Shown here: positions 10,513-22,418 of the stretch, in pieces
How the letters are laid out: the number at the start of each line of letters is the position of its first letter
Position numbering within the stretch: the first letter of the stretch is position 1
DNA from: a bacterium
GTDB taxonomy: Bacteria; SAR324; NAC60-12
DNA length: 64,000 bases
NCBI GenBank assembly: GCA_965209155.1
Contig: OZ242383.1
Location: 2,272,001 to 2,336,000 of the forward strand
Direction: 5' to 3'
Translations under genes and position numbers: made by a program
The notes under the pieces: generated by a model
The model's input: the letters and a program-made list of their open reading frames with translations, nothing else
Told to the model about the DNA's origin: nothing
The model's database searches: none

Positions 10513-13500
10513 ATGAAAGACAAAATCACTAAACAGGCTGTCGAGTCCCTCAACCCCGGGACTAAAGACCGTTTCCTATGGGACACCGAGTTGCCGATGT
10601 TCGGCTGTAAAATAACTCCCAGGGGCAGACGGGTCTACCTCTTGCAGTACCGCCTCGAGGGACGTTCAAGTCGCTATACCATTGGAATTCATGGGGCATT
10701 GACCGACAGGGAGGCCCGAAAAATCGCTAAAAGGCTGCTGCATGATATTGCCCTGGGTCGCAATCCGGCGGATAGGAAGAAGAAGAAAGGGGATCAAGTG
10801 GAGGGTAAGATTCAAAACCGTTCTCAACGCCGCAAGCAGCAGGTTGTTGAACTCAAAACTCCTCACATCCGTGGAAATCTGCGGAAATCTGCGGCCAAAG
10901 CGAATAAAGCGGCTCCTGTATCTCCTGAACCGGTTGTGAACAAAACGAATCCCATTTCCAGTCCGGATAAGCCTGAGATTCCGGGGTATTCGCTGGAGGA
11001 GCTCATTTTTGAAAGTGGGCGGACCCGGCTCTGGCGCGGCAGGCGGCAAAGGGATGGGCTTTTGGTTCTGATCAAGGGATCAGCTGCCCCTCAGCAGAGC
11101 GCGCAGGAGCTGGCGGAAATGCGGCAAGATCATGAGATCACCCGGGATCTCGAGATTGATGGGGTTCTCAGGTCACGGGAACTGGCGCAGTGTGAGAACG
11201 GATGGGCTTTGATCCTGGAAAATACTAAAGGGCTCCCTTTAAGAAAGCTGATGGATGCCGTCCGGCTCGACCTGCTGGACTCGCTGAAGGTAGCGGTTTC
11301 ACTGACCAGCACACTGAAAGAAGTGCACCAGCTAGGCCTCCTGCATAAAATGATCAATCCATTCAATATTTTTGTCGATCCGGCATCGGGGACGGTCAAA
11401 CTGAGCGGCTTCGGCCTGGCCACCCGGTTGCCTGAGGAAAATTTGACGACGTTGAGTCCCCAGCTTAGCGGGGAAACCTTGCCCTATATCTCCCCCGAGC
11501 AGACCGGGCGGATGAACCGCCCCCTCGATTATCGCAGTGATTTTTATTCCCTGGGGGTCACCCTTTATGAACTTTTTAGCGGGAGAGTACCATTCCAATC
11601 CCGGGAGGCCATGGAAATCATCCAGGCTCACATTGCCCGGCAGCCCCCGCCCCCTGACGAGATTGAACCGCAAATACCCAGAGTCCTTTCTAATCTGGTG
11701 ATGAAACTGGTGGCCAAGCGTGCCGAGGCGCGCTACCAGAGTTACTCAGGGCTTTCAGCCGATCTGCTGACATGTCTGGAGCAACTGGAATACCAGGAAA
11801 GCTTGTCCGACTTTCCCCTGGGCCGCCATGATTTGCCTAAAGAACTGCAGATCGCCCCGGGGCTTTACGGCCGGGAGGATGAAATCACTGCTCTGGAAGC
11901 CGCCCTGGAGCGAGTCAGTCAGGGAGCGACCGAGATGGTGCTGGTCTCGGGATCCGCCGGTGTCGGCAAAACCGCCCTGGTCGGCGAAATTCACAGGTCC
12001 GGTGCCCAAAAAAACGGCTTCTTCATCTCCGGCAAATTTGACCAGCTCCGGCACAATATCCCCTACAGCGCCCTGATCCAGGCGCTGCGGGGACTCATCC
12101 GGGAGATATCGGCCGAAGGCCAATCCGGAATGGAGCGTTGGAAAAGCAGGATACGGGCTGCCCTGGGGCCCAACGGACAACTGGTGACCCGGGTGATCCC
12201 GGAACTGGAACCGATGATCGGCCCGCAACCCCCGCTGCCGGAAATGGGAGCGCTGGAGGCCCGCAACCGCTTCACTGCCGTTTTACTGGAGTTAATCTCC
12301 GTTTTCTGTGAAAAGACCCATCCTCTGGTTATTTTTCTGGACGACTTGCAGTGGGTGGACGCTGATACCCTCAAGCTGGTGGAAAGCATTGCTCAGGACC
12401 CCGAGAAGAAACCTCTGCTTTTCCTGGGGGCCTATCGCGACAACAAGGTGGATGACGGCCACCGGCTGACGGCTGCTATCGATGTGATTAAAAAAACAGG
12501 CCAGCCGCTGCAAAGGATCCCCTTAAAGCCCCTGAACCCGGAGAACATCTCACAACTGCTCGTCCATACCTGCCACTGCCGTCCTGAGGACGCAAACCCG
12601 CTGGCCGAGGTCCTGATGCGCAAAACCGGCGGCAATCCCTTCTTTGTGGGCCAGTTTTTGACTGTACTCTCCGAGAATGAGCTGATCCGCTACTCCCCTG
12701 AGGAAAAACGATGGATCTGGGATCTGGCTGCCATCGAATTCCTGGCGGTGACCGATAATGTGGTGGAGTTGCTGATTGACCGACTCCATCGGTTTTCCGC
12801 TGAAACCAGGCGACTTTTAAGCCTGGCGGCCTGTATCGGCAATACCTTTGACCTGGAATCGTTGGAACGGATCAGCGGAGCCGGAAGCGGGGAGCTCTAT
12901 GAGAACCTGTTGCCGGCCCTGGAAACCGGGTTGATCCTCGGTTTTTCCGAGGCCCCGCAGCTGGATAATCCCCCAGACGGAGCGAGCATGGAGGGCGGCA
13001 GCTATAAATTCCTGCATGACCGGGTGCAGCAGGCTGCCTATGCCCTCATTGCCGAAAAGAAGAGAAAGCCGGTCCATCTTCAAATCGGTCAGACCCTGCT
13101 CAAACAATACGCACCGGAGAAAGGTGAAGCTCTGCTTTTTGACATCGTCCACCATCTCAACCTGGCCCTGAGGGTGAAGGATAAATGGAAAGAACGATCG
13201 CATCTGGCAGAACTCAACCTGAAAGCTGGTCGTCAGGCTAAAGCGGCTTCGGCTTTTGAACAGGCCCTGGAATACTTTACCATCGGCCTGGACCTCTTAG
13301 GAGCCGCTGCCTGGAAACGGTATTACCCCCTGGCCTTATCCCTGCACGAAGCAGCAACGGAGATGTCATCGCTCTGCGGCCGCTTCAAGTTGATGGAGAA
13401 GCTAGCCGGTGCCGTAAAAGACAACGCCCGAGAGGACCCGGACCTGGCCAACATTTATCTATGCCGGATCCAGGCATACACGATCCATGGCGAATTAAAG

Positions 13501-16500
13501 AAGGCCATGGAAACGGGCGAGGAAATTCTAGAGAAATTGGGGTGTCAACTGAGCCGTTTGTCTCCCGGCCAGGGGTGTAATTAAAAGTGAGGGGCATTTC
13601 AATTAAGCCCTTTGAAGTTGTTGCCAATAACAATCCCATTTTCCATTGGCTCTTACCACCCTGAGTTGAATCATCTGATCGGCATGTTGTTTTTTCCACC
13701 AAGCGCCAGGGAGTTTGAGCCTTTTTTGGATGAGGGAACGATGGGCGCTTTCAATTTTTCCAGAGCCGATAGGGAGTTGTTGATCAATAGCTGTTTTGTA
13801 TTCAAACTGTCCGGGACGATTTTTCATGTAACGTACCAAAGCGCGAATGGGGGCCTTTTCATTGGGAATAGATTCGGATTCTTGCCTGGATATAAATTGC
13901 TCTAACACGCTGTCAGCTCCTCCTTTTTTCAAGATTTGCTTCTGCTTTTTCAGGAACGGTGAGCCGTCTTCAAAAGCGGCTTGGCAGGCTGCACCAAGAT
14001 AATCACAGAGATGATAAAAATCGATGAGATAGTTCGCCTGAGCGCCAAAATGAGTTTCGATTTTTTCACAGATCCAAGGGGCTCCATCCCCTAAAGCATG
14101 AATCTTCGTCTGCTTTCCCAGTCCCGCTTTAAGCGCGACCTCTTTCATTTGAAAACCCGCTTCATCTCTGCCGTTCAAGGTTCCAGCATAAATGGAGTCG
14201 ACACTTCCTCGAGCATAGGCTAAGGAGGTAATCCCTTCTTTCCAACTCACTTGACGCGTTTTTCTGCGATCCCCCGTAAAAGTAGAGTCTGCCGTCTCTA
14301 CCAGAGGCACCATGGTGCCATCACTTTGCACTATCACCACCCCCGCCCCACTGGCCTCCCTGCTGGACTGCTGCTCTTCTTTCAGGGAGAAACATCTCTG
14401 ACTGTGATGGAGGGTTCGCGCTCGAATACTGCTGGAAGGAATGTCAATGCCATAATGCTCCTTGAGTTTCTGGCTCGCTGCTGCAAAGGAGACATCGGCC
14501 CCAAAATCCACCATCGCTCGCTGCAGAGGCTCTGAATAACCTTGGCACTGAACCCCAATCGAGGCACTCAAGGGTCTCTGTCTTTTTCCTCGCCGTCCTT
14601 CCCTGAAAACAAGTTCTTCGATTCCAATGGGACCAAAGGTGCTGTGCCAATATATTTTTTTTTACCATCTCGGATCAGATCCGCTTTTTGAGAAGACTCT
14701 GCTTCTTTTATATCGGACTGATGGCCCAACCAGCCTTGAAGCACTTCCTGACCTAATTTACGCACTTCTTCAATCGTCCGCCTCTCAGCCTCATCGGCTG
14801 TTTGGCAACTCCCATCGTCATTTTCGATAATCCCCAGAATGGATTCCATCCGATGGCGCAGGTGAGGATATTTCGACAGCCGTTCTGCTAATGAAAAAGA
14901 TGACTCGTCACCTTCCCTTAGTTCTGAGTAACCTAAGCATTTTGACATTTTCAACTCCTGTTTGAAGGTCAATCATTCGAATACACTCCTACTTTCAAAA
15001 TACTTAAAGCACATGTCCAGCTATTTCTCTCTGCCCCACACTTTTAATTACACCCCCCGGCCAGTGGCAGCAGGCCCTCGTTCAAATCAAATCCGGCCTG
15101 GCCGGTAAAAGCGTCGCAGACGTGATGCGCTTTGAGCCGCTCACCCAACCGGATGCCGAGGTCATTGTCCCTATCCTCTATGAACTCCATGTGGCCTATG
15201 GCTTGGCTGGGGCTACTTTGGATGACGGTCTTTGGCAGCCCATCGCTGCAAAACGCATCTCTTTTCTGCTCAATCATTTTCATCCGCAACATTCACCCGA
15301 GTTCTATTTTACCCTTGGAAGTATATATTGCGTGTTTATGCAGGATTTTGAATTTGGTTATGAACTCGGTCGTCTGGGCATACAGCTCATGGAAGCGCTT
15401 GATCTGAAGGAAATAAACTGTAGAGTTTCCGGGGGTTTCAACGGCGTGACCCGGTTCTACCGGGAGCCGCTGTCGGCGTCATTGGATCCCCTGCTGGAAG
15501 CTCATCAGATGGGAATCGAAACGGGAGATTTCTTCTATGCCGGTCGTAGCGCCCTCACAAGATGTCAGATTGCCTTTATGTGCGGGAAAGAGCTGAATTG
15601 GCTGAAAGGGGAATTATCGACGCTGAAGCTTGCTCTCAAGAAAATCGATTATATTCTCGGGTCTCCCCATGCCGAAATGCTGACGAAGGTGGTCACGATT
15701 CTAATGGAGGAACCTTCTACCCTGTCGAGCGGCATCATGGATCAATACCAAAGGGTGACGGGTGCAGAGTTCGTATGTCGGGAACAGAGCAGTTTTAATT
15801 ACCAAAAGCTGGTGCTGCAAACCCTGTTCGAAGAACATGAAGCAGCCCGTGAGACGGTTTTTGAAATGATCAACCTGATGAAAACCTACAAGGATAACCT
15901 TATTGATCCTCTGGCCAACTGCTACCTGTCCCTCGCTCTCCTCGCGCTTTGCGGCCAGGGGCCCGAGGGGGAAAAGGAGGAGATCCTCACCCAGGTTCAT
16001 GACCATCAGGAGACGTTGGAGAAACTGGCGCGCAGTGCCCCGTCTAATTATTTGCATAAATACCACCTGGTGGAAGCCGAGCGGTTGCGGGTTTTGGAGG
16101 GTGAAAGCGACGCGATCCTGTCCCATTATGACCAGGCCATCGCTTTGGCCAGAGAGAACGAATTTATCCACGAGGAAGCCCTGGCCAATGAACTGGCAGC
16201 CAGGTACTTGCTCAACCAGGGGCAGAACGACGCCGCTCGAGCTTACCTGCGCTCAGCATTGGAGAAATACGAAACCTGGGGGGCAAAACGGAAGGTCACC
16301 CACCTGAGGCATCGATATCCCGGACTGATCGCCGATGCTCGTGCCGAAGTAGTAGCGTCCCCATCGTCCAACCTGGATCTGACGACGATGCTCAAAGCCT
16401 CGGAGGCTATCTCCAGTACCCTCGAGTTGGAACCACTGCTGGAGATTCTGCTCCACATTCTCATAGAAAATGCCGGGGCCCAGACAGCAGCCCTGATTCT

Positions 16501-18256
16501 GGAAACCGAAGGTCAGTCTCTCATCGCTGCCCGCGGGAGTGCCGAGCAGGTCGAATATTTCCTGCCGCTTTCCCTGCCTGTGGAAAAGGCTTTCTCCCTC
16601 TCCCTGTCGGTCATCTCCTGGGTGAAACAAACCCGGGAACACCTGGTTTTGGACAACGCCTCCCGGGAAGAACGGTTTGCCGGGGATGACTATATTAAAC
16701 GGGAGCGGCCCAAATCCATCCTGTGCGCACCGATACATCATCAGTCCGCCTTGAGCGGCATCATTTACCTGGAAAACAACCTGGTTGAGGGGGCCTTCAC
16801 CTCCCGGCAACTCGAGGTGGTCAAGCACCTTAGCTCCCAGATCGCCATTTCCCTGGAAAACGCCAGGCTTCACGAAAACCTCAAACGAACCGAAGCGGAA
16901 TACTGGGGAATATTTGAAAATGCCACTGAAGGCATCTACCGGACGAGCCAGGAAGGCCGCTTTCTGAGCGCCAATCCAGCGATGGCCCGAATCTTCGGGT
17001 ACTCTTCCCCGGAGGAGCTGATGGCATCCATCACCGACGTCGGGCACCAGCTTTATGTGAATCCGGAGCGGCGTCATCAGTTCCTGGATCTCATCCGGCA
17101 CCGACGCCCCGTTTCTGATTTTGAGGTGGAATTTTTCCGTAAAGACGGCAGCACCTTCTGGGCATCCCTGCACGCCCGCCCCATCTATGACGAGACCGGT
17201 GCATTGCGCTTCATCGATGGGATTATTTCCGACATAACGGAGCAGAAAAACCGGATGGAAGCCCTGCATGAAGAAAATATCCGCCTGAAGGCCAACATCA
17301 AGGAGCGTTATCGCTTCGGAAAGATCATCGGCAAAAGCCCCGTGATGCAGAGGATTTATGAATTGATCTTAAAGGCGGCGGCTAGCGATGCTGGCGTCAT
17401 TGTATACGGTGAATCAGGGACGGGGAAAGAACTGGTGGCCGAAGCCATCCATGAGATGAGTGATAGAAAAGAAAAACCCTTTGTTACCGTCAACGTCGGC
17501 GCCGTTGCGGAAACCCTCTTGGAAAGCGAGTTTTTCGGCTACAAAAAAGGGGCCTTTACCGGAGCCAATGCGGATAAGCGCGGCCTGCTCCAACAGGCAG
17601 ACAAAGGCACGCTTTTCCTGGATGAATTGGGTGAAATCGGCCCCAATCTGCAAGCCAAACTGCTGCGTGCTATTGAGGGCAGAGGGTTCACGCCAGTAGG
17701 CGGACTTGAAGCGGAAACCTCCGATTTTCGCGTCATTGCTGCTACCAATAAAGATTTAAAACAACAGGTGAAAAAGGGATTGATGCGGGAGGACTTCCTC
17801 TACCGCATCCACATTATCCCTATTCACTTGCCGCCTCTCCGGGAACGTAAAGAGGATATCCCCCTTTTGATCGAGCATTTTATGCAAAACCACTCCCCCT
17901 CAAAGAACCTGCCCACAATCACCGTCGCTGTCATGGAAGCTCTGACCTCCTATGATTGGCCGGGCAATGTCCGGGAGCTGCAAAACACCCTGTATCGCTA
18001 TATCACCCTGGGCGATGTTGATTTTCTGGGGGAACAAACCATCGCCCCAGGTGGTGAACTCTCCAATTTCGGAGAGAACCCCCACCCTGGGAAAATTGCG
18101 CTGGATCAGGCGATGGCGAATTATGAAAAAGCGACGATTCTCAATGCCTTGAAAAATTCCCAGGGCCACAAGGTGAAAACCGCTGCCACCCTGGGAATCT
18201 CCCGCGCAGCCCTCTACGTTAAGATGAAAAAGTACGGAATTCGTACTATCACCTGA
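10513..18256 (+). pseudogene. Giant sensor-activator (Arm-DNA-binding + Ser/Thr kinase-like + AAA_16 + helical + GAF + PAS + sigma54 AAA+ + Fis HTH) interrupted by an IS
   Basis: Removing 13573-15064 rejoins ...SPGQ|WQQALVQIK... in frame (~2080 aa). Motifs FLWDTELPMFG, YISPEQTGRMNR..DYRSDFYSLG, GSAGVGKT, LDDLQW, FLHDRVQQAAY, GESGTGKE, GAFTGA, WPGNVREL. Confidence 0.9.
13573..15055 (-). mobile_element. ISKra4-like IS, copy 1 (ORFs 14568-14972 and 13603-14571, probably frameshift-joined)
   Basis: 24-bp TIR GGGTGTAATTAAAAGTG(A/T)GGGGCA; 9-bp TSD CCCGGCCAG (13564-13572, 15056-15064); DGA.WI, DFYH, PIGSG.IES. Confidence 0.9.
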
Positions 18257-18311
18257 AAGAGGCAAAGGCCGACGTGGAACGGACAAAGGGATAGAGAGAT
18301 TTTGCTTCGTC

Positions 18312-18725
18312 TCATGGTGATCCATGACGTCCCAACAGCATTTCTTCCTCTCGGATAGCCAGAATCAAAGGCCGGTTCATATCTAAAGCATTGACCGTTG
18401 CGCGACCAATCGGGGAAAGTCCTTCAAGGAGCACACTATGCCATTGAAAATGCTCGTTCCAGTGGTGTTGCCGAGGATTATACAGAGACACCTCTTGCCC
18501 AGTTTCCGGATCTGTCGCACTCTGACGAGCGGCTTTCCGTAAAGAACACGAGACGCAGGCCAAAGCTAAATTACCAGTCTCTGTCTGCCCACCTGCAATC
18601 ACCGGAATCACATGATCAACATGGAAGGTCGCCTCCTGACCGGCTTGGGACAAATCACAATACTCACATCGATGACTGGCGCGTGTTGTCACCAATTGAC
18701 GCAATGCAGGAGTGATAAAACTCAT
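18312..18725 (-). CDS. HNH endonuclease
   Basis: CEYC..., FHVDHVIP...GG....NLALAC..C, LYNPR...W.EHF. Confidence 0.85.
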   Translation of the reverse strand: MSFITPALRQLVTTRASHRCEYCDLSQAGQEATFHVDHVIPVIAGGQTETGNLALACVSCSLRKAARQSATDPETGQEVSLYNPRQHHWNEHFQWHSVLLEGLSPIGRATVNALDMNRPLILAIREEEMLLGRHGSP

Positions 18726-18955
18726 GAGGCCCGTTTAGACTCTTGCCCTACCCGTTCCGTGCGCAACCGCAACAAGGTCAACAATTCTGCTAGATTCACT
18801 AACCCTTCGGCTTCCTCACGCTCCGCTTGGGTAAGCGTTTGACCTTGCTCCTGGCGATCTAATAGGTCTTGCAACCGTTCATTCACACCAGGCGGCAGGG
18901 TAATACGGGCCAAATCTTCGGGTATCTCTAATTCAAATACAACATGTTGAGCCAT
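18722..18955 (-). CDS. Small protein coupled to the HNH gene (antitoxin-like)
   Basis: 4-bp overlap with HNH start; RLQDLLDRQ...LT.AE..E. Confidence 0.6.
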   Translation of the reverse strand: MAQHVVFELEIPEDLARITLPPGVNERLQDLLDRQEQGQTLTQAEREEAEGLVNLAELLTLLRLRTERVGQESKRAS

Positions 18956-19240
18956 AGTTCCCTCGATTTCAGATTAATTTTCTGTTCGCGACTATTCTAT
19001 AATTTGAGAGCGAATCAGTCAATGATACAATTCATCAATGATCCCTGAGGTGTCCAAATCTCATTGAAGAGTTGAGGGAGCCAATCCAATGATACTCCTC
19101 AAAGAAGTGAACCAGAAAATACTTGTTTTCAATAAGTATATCAAAGCGTTTGGCCAACAGTGAGACTTATTTGTTTTCCTTATCCCTTTGTCCGGGGCGG
19201 CCTTCCGCATTTGCCCCTTTGCCCCTTTAGAGTTTAAAAG

Positions 19241-19443
19241 TGTCCATAATATTAGACATATGTCTTGAAACATAGATTTTGTTGTTTAAATATTTAATAT
19301 CAATGAGTTAACCGCTCTTCCTGATCTAGTAATGTCCATAGATCAAGACACTTGCTTCGCATACCCCAACCTCCCTCTTGTTAAAATTAGTTAATAATTA
19401 CAGTAAGTTAACTGAATATCCTCAAATTTGGCACACTGCTTGA
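19241..19443 (+). promoter_or_regulatory. Putative sigma54 promoter with enhancer-like palindromes and an IHF-like site
   Basis: TGGCAC-actgc-TTGA at 19429-19443 (-12 is GA, not GC); TGTCCATA-N5-AGACA near 19242 and 19333; TATCAAtgagTTA near 19298. Confidence 0.55.
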
Positions 19444-19551
19444 AGCTTAAAAGCTCAACCTGCCGAAAAACGCGGGGCAAGGGGCAATGCCCTTTAAGTG
19501 GCATGAGATCAACTCAACCTTTATTCATTCATTTTTTTTAAGGAGAATCTT

Positions 19552-21351
19552 ATGAAATCGAAAATCGCAATGTTTAATCTAAACAGCAAATCAACCTTCA
19601 GTGCAATCCTGCTTATCCTCATCCTGATGGTGGCCGCCATCTGGGTCAGTTCAGCCGTCGCGGCCGAGAAAAAGATGGTAAGAGATCCAGCCACTGGTGA
19701 AATGGTGGTGGCGCCAAAATATGGCGGGACCATAACCTTCGTCGACAACGGTTCCGCGGGTGCGGTCACTGACCAACGCGTGAGTGGGGCTGCCTCAAAA
19801 AACGTCCAGCTCTTTCAGGAGAAGCTAGGTATCGCGAACTGGGCGTTAGATAGGAACGTATGGTCCTATAACACGCAGCACCTCCCTGACTTTACCTTGA
19901 CAGGGCGGCTGGCTGAAAGCTGGGAGCAACCCGACCCACTCACGACTATCTTCAAAATCCGCCAGGGCGTTCACTGGCATGATAAGCCCCCAATGTCCGG
20001 TCGGGAGCTGACTGCCTCGGATGTCGAATGGAGCTTTCATCGTATATTGGGACTGGGCAGCGGCTTCACCGAACCTTTCGATACTGTCCACGGTATCAGC
20101 CTGTACAATACTAAGTCGGTAACAGCCACCGACAAATATACGGTTGTCTTTAAGCTGAAGTCGATAGCCCTCTGGGCGATGGATCGGCTCCTCCGTGGAA
20201 GTGGCACCGCTATACCGCCCCGCGAGGTAATCGAGCAATACGGCGACGATAATGATTGGAGGAATGTGGTAGGCACCGGGCCCTTCATGCTGACTGACCA
20301 CGTCGAGGGCACCTCTTGGACCTACGTCAAGAATCCTGACTACTGGGGCTATGACGAAAAGTACCCGGAGAACCGCCTGCCCTATGCTGACGAGATAAAA
20401 CGCCTGATATCGAAGGAACAAGCGACCAATCTGGCGATGATGCGCACGGGTAAGGCTGATTACATCGGTTACGGCGGCGACACTCAAATAACTTCAATCG
20501 ACGCGGCAACGAGCCTGCAGCGGACCAACCCAGACCTGAACCTGTGGCCATATTCATACCGTGCGGAGACGGCTATGGCCTTTAACACGCAGATATCACC
20601 CTGGAACGACATCAGGGTGCGCCGCGCAATACAGATGGCGATCGACCTCGAGACGATTAACCGGACCTACCACAAGGGTTGGGCAAATCCGACAGCTGCA
20701 GCGTCTCTAGGGGACGCTATGGTCGGGTATGTCACCCCATTTGAAGAGTGGCCCGACGATCTCAAGGGACACTATGCCTATGACCCGGAACGGGCAGAAG
20801 CGTTGCTTGATGAGGCTGGATATACACGCGGCGCCGACGGCATTCGATTCGAGACCGTCTATGCTCACCTGGACCGCGGCGACTTCGATCTAGACTATTA
20901 CCAGATAGTCATGGAATACTTGCGTGCCCTTGGCATAAACGTAGAGGTGAGGAAGATTCCGGTAGCTGATTGGGGAGGTTTTGTAAGGGACTCCCGAGGG
21001 GAGGGTCTGTTTCTCAACGTACACAACACCGACTATATCACTGGCCTAGAAACATTTTACTCGACTGGATACAACCCGTCCAACGTCAATGATCCGGCTT
21101 ATGACGCCATATTAGACGCCTTCCGAGCCGCTACTACGACCGAGGAGCAGCAGAGGCTGGCTAGAGAGGCAGTTATGCGTGCAGCAGAGCAGCACTGGAC
21201 TATTGCGGGACCGAGAGTTCCGAGTTTTATGGTCACCCAGCCTTGGCTGGTGGGTTACAGCGGTGAAGTCGAACTGGGGGAAATGGACCGTGCGATTATA
21301 TTTTCGCGCCTCTGGATTGACCAGGATCTGAAGGCGGAAATGGGGTTCTAG
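19552..21351 (+). CDS. ABC substrate-binding protein family 5, copy 2
   Basis: Same motifs as copy 1; near-identical RBS and signal peptide. Confidence 0.9.
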   Translation: MKSKIAMFNLNSKSTFSAILLILILMVAAIWVSSAVAAEKKMVRDPATGEMVVAPKYGGTITFVDNGSAGAVTDQRVSGAASKNVQLFQEKLGIANWALDRNVWSYNTQHLPDFTLTGRLAESWEQPDPLTTIFKIRQGVHWHDKPPMSGRELTASDVEWSFHRILGLGSGFTEPFDTVHGISLYNTKSVTATDKYTVVFKLKSIALWAMDRLLRGSGTAIPPREVIEQYGDDNDWRNVVGTGPFMLTDHVEGTSWTYVKNPDYWGYDEKYPENRLPYADEIKRLISKEQATNLAMMRTGKADYIGYGGDTQITSIDAATSLQRTNPDLNLWPYSYRAETAMAFNTQISPWNDIRVRRAIQMAIDLETINRTYHKGWANPTAAASLGDAMVGYVTPFEEWPDDLKGHYAYDPERAEALLDEAGYTRGADGIRFETVYAHLDRGDFDLDYYQIVMEYLRALGINVEVRKIPVADWGGFVRDSRGEGLFLNVHNTDYITGLETFYSTGYNPSNVNDPAYDAILDAFRAATTTEEQQRLAREAVMRAAEQHWTIAGPRVPSFMVTQPWLVGYSGEVELGEMDRAIIFSRLWIDQDLKAEMGF

Positions 21352-21458
21352 GGATTTCATTCCATTTCTTCGCTGACATCAGGGAGAGTGGGGAGGCGCG
21401 CTTTCAAGCGCCGCTGCCCCGCTCTCTCTTCGTTGAATAATGACAGGGTATCTGTGCC

Positions 21459-22418
21459 ATGCGGGCTTATCTCATCAGGCGGTTACTGCTGATCATCCCC
21501 ACCCTGCTCATCTTGAGCATCCTGGTCTTTCTCTCGGTGCGCTTCATCCCCGGCGATATAATAGACGTCATCGCGGGTAGGGTGGAAATGCAATCAGGAG
21601 GGGAGATTGACCGTGAAGCCGTTAAGCGTCGGCTGGGACTGGATGTGCCGGTCTGGGTACAGTATGGACGCTGGATAGGAGGTATTTTCCTGCACGGCAC
21701 TCTTGGCGAATCACTGATGTACGGTTATCCAGTAGAGGAAAAGATGGTAGGCAGATTGCCGTTGACCATTGAGCTTGGCCTGATGGCAATAGTAATCGGG
21801 CTCTTGATCGCCCTGCCCGTCGGCATCTACTCGGCGATTCGCCAGGATACGGCCGCCGACTACCTGGGGCGCTCTCTCGCCATCATCGGCCTGGCAATGC
21901 CTAACTTCTGGCTCGGCCTCATGGTCATGCTCTTCCCGGCAATCTGGTGGGGCTGGTCCCCAACGGTGCTGTGGGTTCCTTTCACGGAAGACCCACTGGG
22001 GAACCTGGAAGTGCTCTTCATTCCCAGTCTGATTCTGGGGACGGCCTCCTCGGCTGCCACCATGCGGATGACGCGCACCATGATGCTCGAGGTGCTCCGG
22101 CAAGACTATATCCGCACCGCCTGGTCCAAGGGCCTCAAGGAGAGGGTAGTTATTATGAGACACACCATCAAGAATGCCCTCATTCCGGTGGTGACCCTGA
22201 TTGGCCTGCAGTTGCCGATCCTGGTCGGGGGTGCCGTGATCATGGAAAACATCTTTAACCTACCGGGGCTTGGTCGTCTCATGGTGCTTGCCCTCGAAGA
22301 GAGAGACTACCCGGTGGTCTCCGGAATCAACCTGTTTTTTGCCACCTCGGTGGTGCTGTTCAATCTCCTCATCGACCTGCTCTATTCTTATTTGGACCCG
22401 AGGGTTAGGTATGAATAA
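21459..22418 (+). CDS. DppB-like permease
   Basis: Paralog of 3528-4487. Confidence 0.92.
   Translation: MRAYLIRRLLLIIPTLLILSILVFLSVRFIPGDIIDVIAGRVEMQSGGEIDREAVKRRLGLDVPVWVQYGRWIGGIFLHGTLGESLMYGYPVEEKMVGRLPLTIELGLMAIVIGLLIALPVGIYSAIRQDTAADYLGRSLAIIGLAMPNFWLGLMVMLFPAIWWGWSPTVLWVPFTEDPLGNLEVLFIPSLILGTASSAATMRMTRTMMLEVLRQDYIRTAWSKGLKERVVIMRHTIKNALIPVVTLIGLQLPILVGGAVIMENIFNLPGLGRLMVLALEERDYPVVSGINLFFATSVVLFNLLIDLLYSYLDPRVRYE

Noticed and set aside
16253..17269. Long antisense ORFs here and opposite other GC-rich genes
   Set aside because: No recognisable motifs; shadows of well-supported genes
19094..19185. ~90-bp similarity to 47478-47566
   Set aside because: Best explained as a relic of an Rpn gene upstream region; no evidence of independent function
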